From: Podarcis tiliguerta
Lineage: Eukaryota
DNA: 64,000 nt
Assembly: GCA_965153285.1 (NCBI GenBank)
Contig: OZ229111.1
Reading direction: 5' to 3' (one strand)
Part shown: in pieces, positions 61,304 to 64,000 of the stretch
Layout of the letters: each line of letters starts with the position of its first letter
Position numbering within the stretch: the first letter of the stretch is position 1
Notes under the pieces: generated by a model
Seen by the model: only the letters and a program-made list of their open reading frames with translations
What the model was told of the DNA's origin: nothing
Database searches by the model: none
Made by a program: the position numbers and the translations under genes

Positions 61304-62599
61304 GCCAAGATGGTCCAATGACAGTACAATTAGCGGTTGCACTGTGTGCTTCAGGAGTATTTATTTGCTTCCACAGTGTTCTGCTTGTAAATCTGTAAAC
61401 CAAGGATGGGAAACCTGTGAGCCTTAATATATTGTTGGACTTCAGCTCATATCAGCTTCAGCCTGTATGATGACTGGTTGGTGATGATGGTAGCTCAAGA
61501 ACATCTGGAGGACCATAGCTTCCCCAACCCTCCAATAAGACTTGGCTTCCAGCTCAAGTCATACACATGCACAGTGTGGCACTACAGATGAAAGACTCTG
61601 ATTGGGAGTCTTGAAATGCAGTAAGCACTGTAATGTTTCTGTGAACAAGTAACTCCCCTCCTCTACTTCTGCATATCCATCTACAGGCTAACAAGTCTTA
61701 TTTTATGAGCTTGCCTGTCAGTGCATGAGTGGTACATAGAATCAGGAGCACTTTAGCTCTGCAGGAATCCAGCTTGTGGCCTTGCAGTCTTGCTCGGCAA
61801 CAACCTCAGAATCAGTGCCAGAACAATAGTAGCCACTGCCATTTGCTGTATAAGCAAGGACTCCCTTGCTCTAGTGCAAGGACAAAAGTGTGTAATCGTG
61901 GCTGCTGTGATGAGAGGATATCTAGCCAGGCAGCACAGCTGGCAAGGTGGAGAAGAGTACTGGGGAGCGAGGGGAAAGACGACAATGAAAGTCTACATCT
62001 GCTGTTCAGACTAAAATAACATAACTCAAGCATAATCTATGCCAACTGCAGAACAGCAGCAACAATGAAACACTGTTGAGCTGCCAATCATGTATCTAGA
62101 AGAAGTCTAACTCCATCATATATTCAGATTCAAAATTTGAAGTGATTTTGAGAACTATTCCAACAACAGGAAGTTAGTGGCAAGTCTCAGTCACCTTTTC
62201 TTTTGCCAAGAAAGCAGTGCCATCTTGGCTGAGGCCTGCATTTTTGTCCTTGTTGAAGTGAGCCTTCTATCTCAGGGCAGGAAGAATTGAGTAAGTTCTT
62301 TTATTTTCTGCTTTTCACAATACTTTTGCATTCCCCTCTTCTTTCTTCAGGTTTGGAGGTTTTTTAGACAGTGGTGGCTTTTGCTCCAAGCTGTTTTTCT
62401 GGGCCTTGGAGCAGAACGTAGAGTTTCGGCAGCCATCTTCTCTCCTTCATGGTCACACCCCCAGTCAAAGACTATGTTGAACTTGACTAACCAGCTTTTG
62501 GGCTCTGAGTTAAAAAGCCGCCAGGAAATCCTTTTGGTACCTCCTAAGGCACACACTGCCGCAATGAGAGACAAACAGAAAACCATAGGTGCATGTTCT

Positions 62600-62613
62600 G
62601 TTACCATGGCAAC
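62600..62613. promoter_or_regulatory. RFX X-box motif
   Basis: GTTACCATGGCAAC matches the GTTNCCATGGNAAC consensus, in non-repeat, CpG-retaining DNA; binding not demonstrated. Confidence 0.5.
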
Positions 62614-63382
62614 TTGCTTTTTAGTCTTGCGCAAGCCCTTCTCCTGAATCCAGAGTTTAAAGCCTTGCGAAGATATTCTGGCCTCGCCCCTTCTCCATGG
62701 CCCACCCACTGATTTGCACGGGCCTTCAACACAAAGACCGCTGTGTTGATGGAGGCACGAAAACAATAGGGACTACCCTCCCTGCCACAGAAATAGGTCT
62801 GGCGCACACAATTAAATGGCACTAAATGGGTGCGACTGGAGGAAGCAGTAACAACCACTGAAGGACAGCTGTATTTTTAAAACCACCTTGTACAAACAGT
62901 GCATTGATGTTAAAGTGAGTGATGGTGATGATGGCGATGGAAAATCCTATCCACGGTATAGATAAAATCAAACAAGGCAGTCTACTTTAACGTGAGGGAG
63001 GTTAGACAAAAGGTGCGGAAGTGTCTCCAATGACTCAGTGCGTACTTGGCTCTACAGTGCAGAGTCATAAATGGATTTCTCCCTTTGCTTTATAAATTTA
63101 CCTTCCCCCTCCCTTTTTGATCCTTACGTTCCAACTTTAAAAGGGCTATAAAAATGGGACAAGAGATTCTGGATTTGTTAGGAGAAAAGCAAAGCATCAT
63201 TGAATATATATTTTTTTCCTTTTAAGAAGGGGGGGGGGGGAATCACGAATTTGTAAGCATACCAGTGTAATGTTTACTGACAGCCTTTTGAGTCATAGGT
63301 GCAGAGGATTTGATTGAGACATGTCTAGGGAATTTATTCTCAGATTTAATGTCAACCCCAGCTGAAAGCACCTGAATTTGTG

Positions 63383-63575
63383 GAAATGCTTCAGCTCAGT
63401 GGCAGAACATCTGCCCTGCAGAAGGCCACAGCTTTAATCCTTGGCATCTTCAAGTAAGGCTGGAAAAGATTCCCTCTCTCAAACCGTGGAGAGCTGCTGC
63501 CAGTCAGTGTAGGCAATACTGCAGTAGATGGACCAATGGTCTGGCTCACTGCAAGGCAGTTTCCTCTGCTCCTAA
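63383..63575 (+). mobile_element. tRNA(Ala-like)-derived squamate SINE
   Basis: AGCTCAGTGGCAGAACATCTG...CAGAAGGCCACAG..TAATCC head, body GGAGAGCTGCTGCCAGTCAGTGTAGGCAATACT...AGATGGACCAATGGTCTG. Confidence 0.8.
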
Positions 63576-63852
63576 CCTCCTAAGTTCAACTCCAGCAGAA
63601 TGCACATATCTCAGGTTGTAAGATATTACAATATATTACACAAGATAAGCAGTCTCATTCCTATGGCAATCATGCTCATTACTCATGCCTTTAAGGCTTA
63701 TGTTCTCTTGTCTGAGAGCACTGCTGTATGATTTGTGGCCCTACATTAAACTTTCAGGAGCTTGGGTAGTGGAAATTTGGCAGTTAACTCTGGCTGTCAT
63801 CTTTGGACTTCCACTGACACATTTCTGCACTGGGTCCAAGTCCCTCCATCCA

Positions 63853-64000
63853 TTTGTTGTTGTTGTTTAGTTGTTTAGTCATGTCTGACTCTTCGTGACC
63901 TCGTGGACCAGAGCACGCCAGGCACTTCTGTCTTCCACTGCCTCTCGCAGTTTGGTCAAACTCATGCTGGTAGCTTCGAGAACACTGTCCAACCATCTTG
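63853..64000 (-). mobile_element. RTE-BovB LINE 3' end, continuing beyond the window
   Basis: Minus strand encodes RWLDSVLEATSMSLTKLREAVEDRSAWRALVHEVTKSQT, then a (CAA)n tail; homologous to 4317-4391. Confidence 0.93.

Noticed and set aside
1-64000. ORF-track entries as host genes (for example 7377-7829, 24381-24833, 32104-32553, 52898-53305, 62347-62766)
   Set aside because: All are 150 aa or shorter, many have non-ATG starts, are Cys/Leu/Ser-rich or microsatellite-derived, and show no recognisable domain other than TE remnants.

Overview
Eukaryotic, AT-rich genomic DNA from a squamate reptile, most likely a lacertid lizard (Podarcis/Lacerta-like), judged from the Sauria/Squam1 SINE type, BovB tails and squamate MITE families. 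I find no credible protein-coding gene. The ORFs in the track are either random or decayed retroelement fragments (L2, CR1, RTE, L1, probably DIRS). The window reads as a large intron or gene desert with many transposons: six Sauria SINEs in two subfamilies, CORE and tRNA SINEs, hAT, Tc1/mariner and Harbinger-like MITEs, and solo LTRs with target-site duplications (TSDs). Between them are repeat-free, motif-dense blocks that look like conserved non-coding enhancers. The best leads are a Penelope-type terminal fragment carrying a minimal hammerhead ribozyme with a core mutation (58.1 kb), a young hAT MITE with telomere-like G-rich repeats (47.5 kb), inverted SINE pairs bracketing exon-like segments, and a CpG-retaining RFX X-box/C-EBP element with splice signals (62.3-62.8 kb). 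I cannot support a wholly new biological system from sequence alone. Family names come from recalled consensus similarity, not from a database search.
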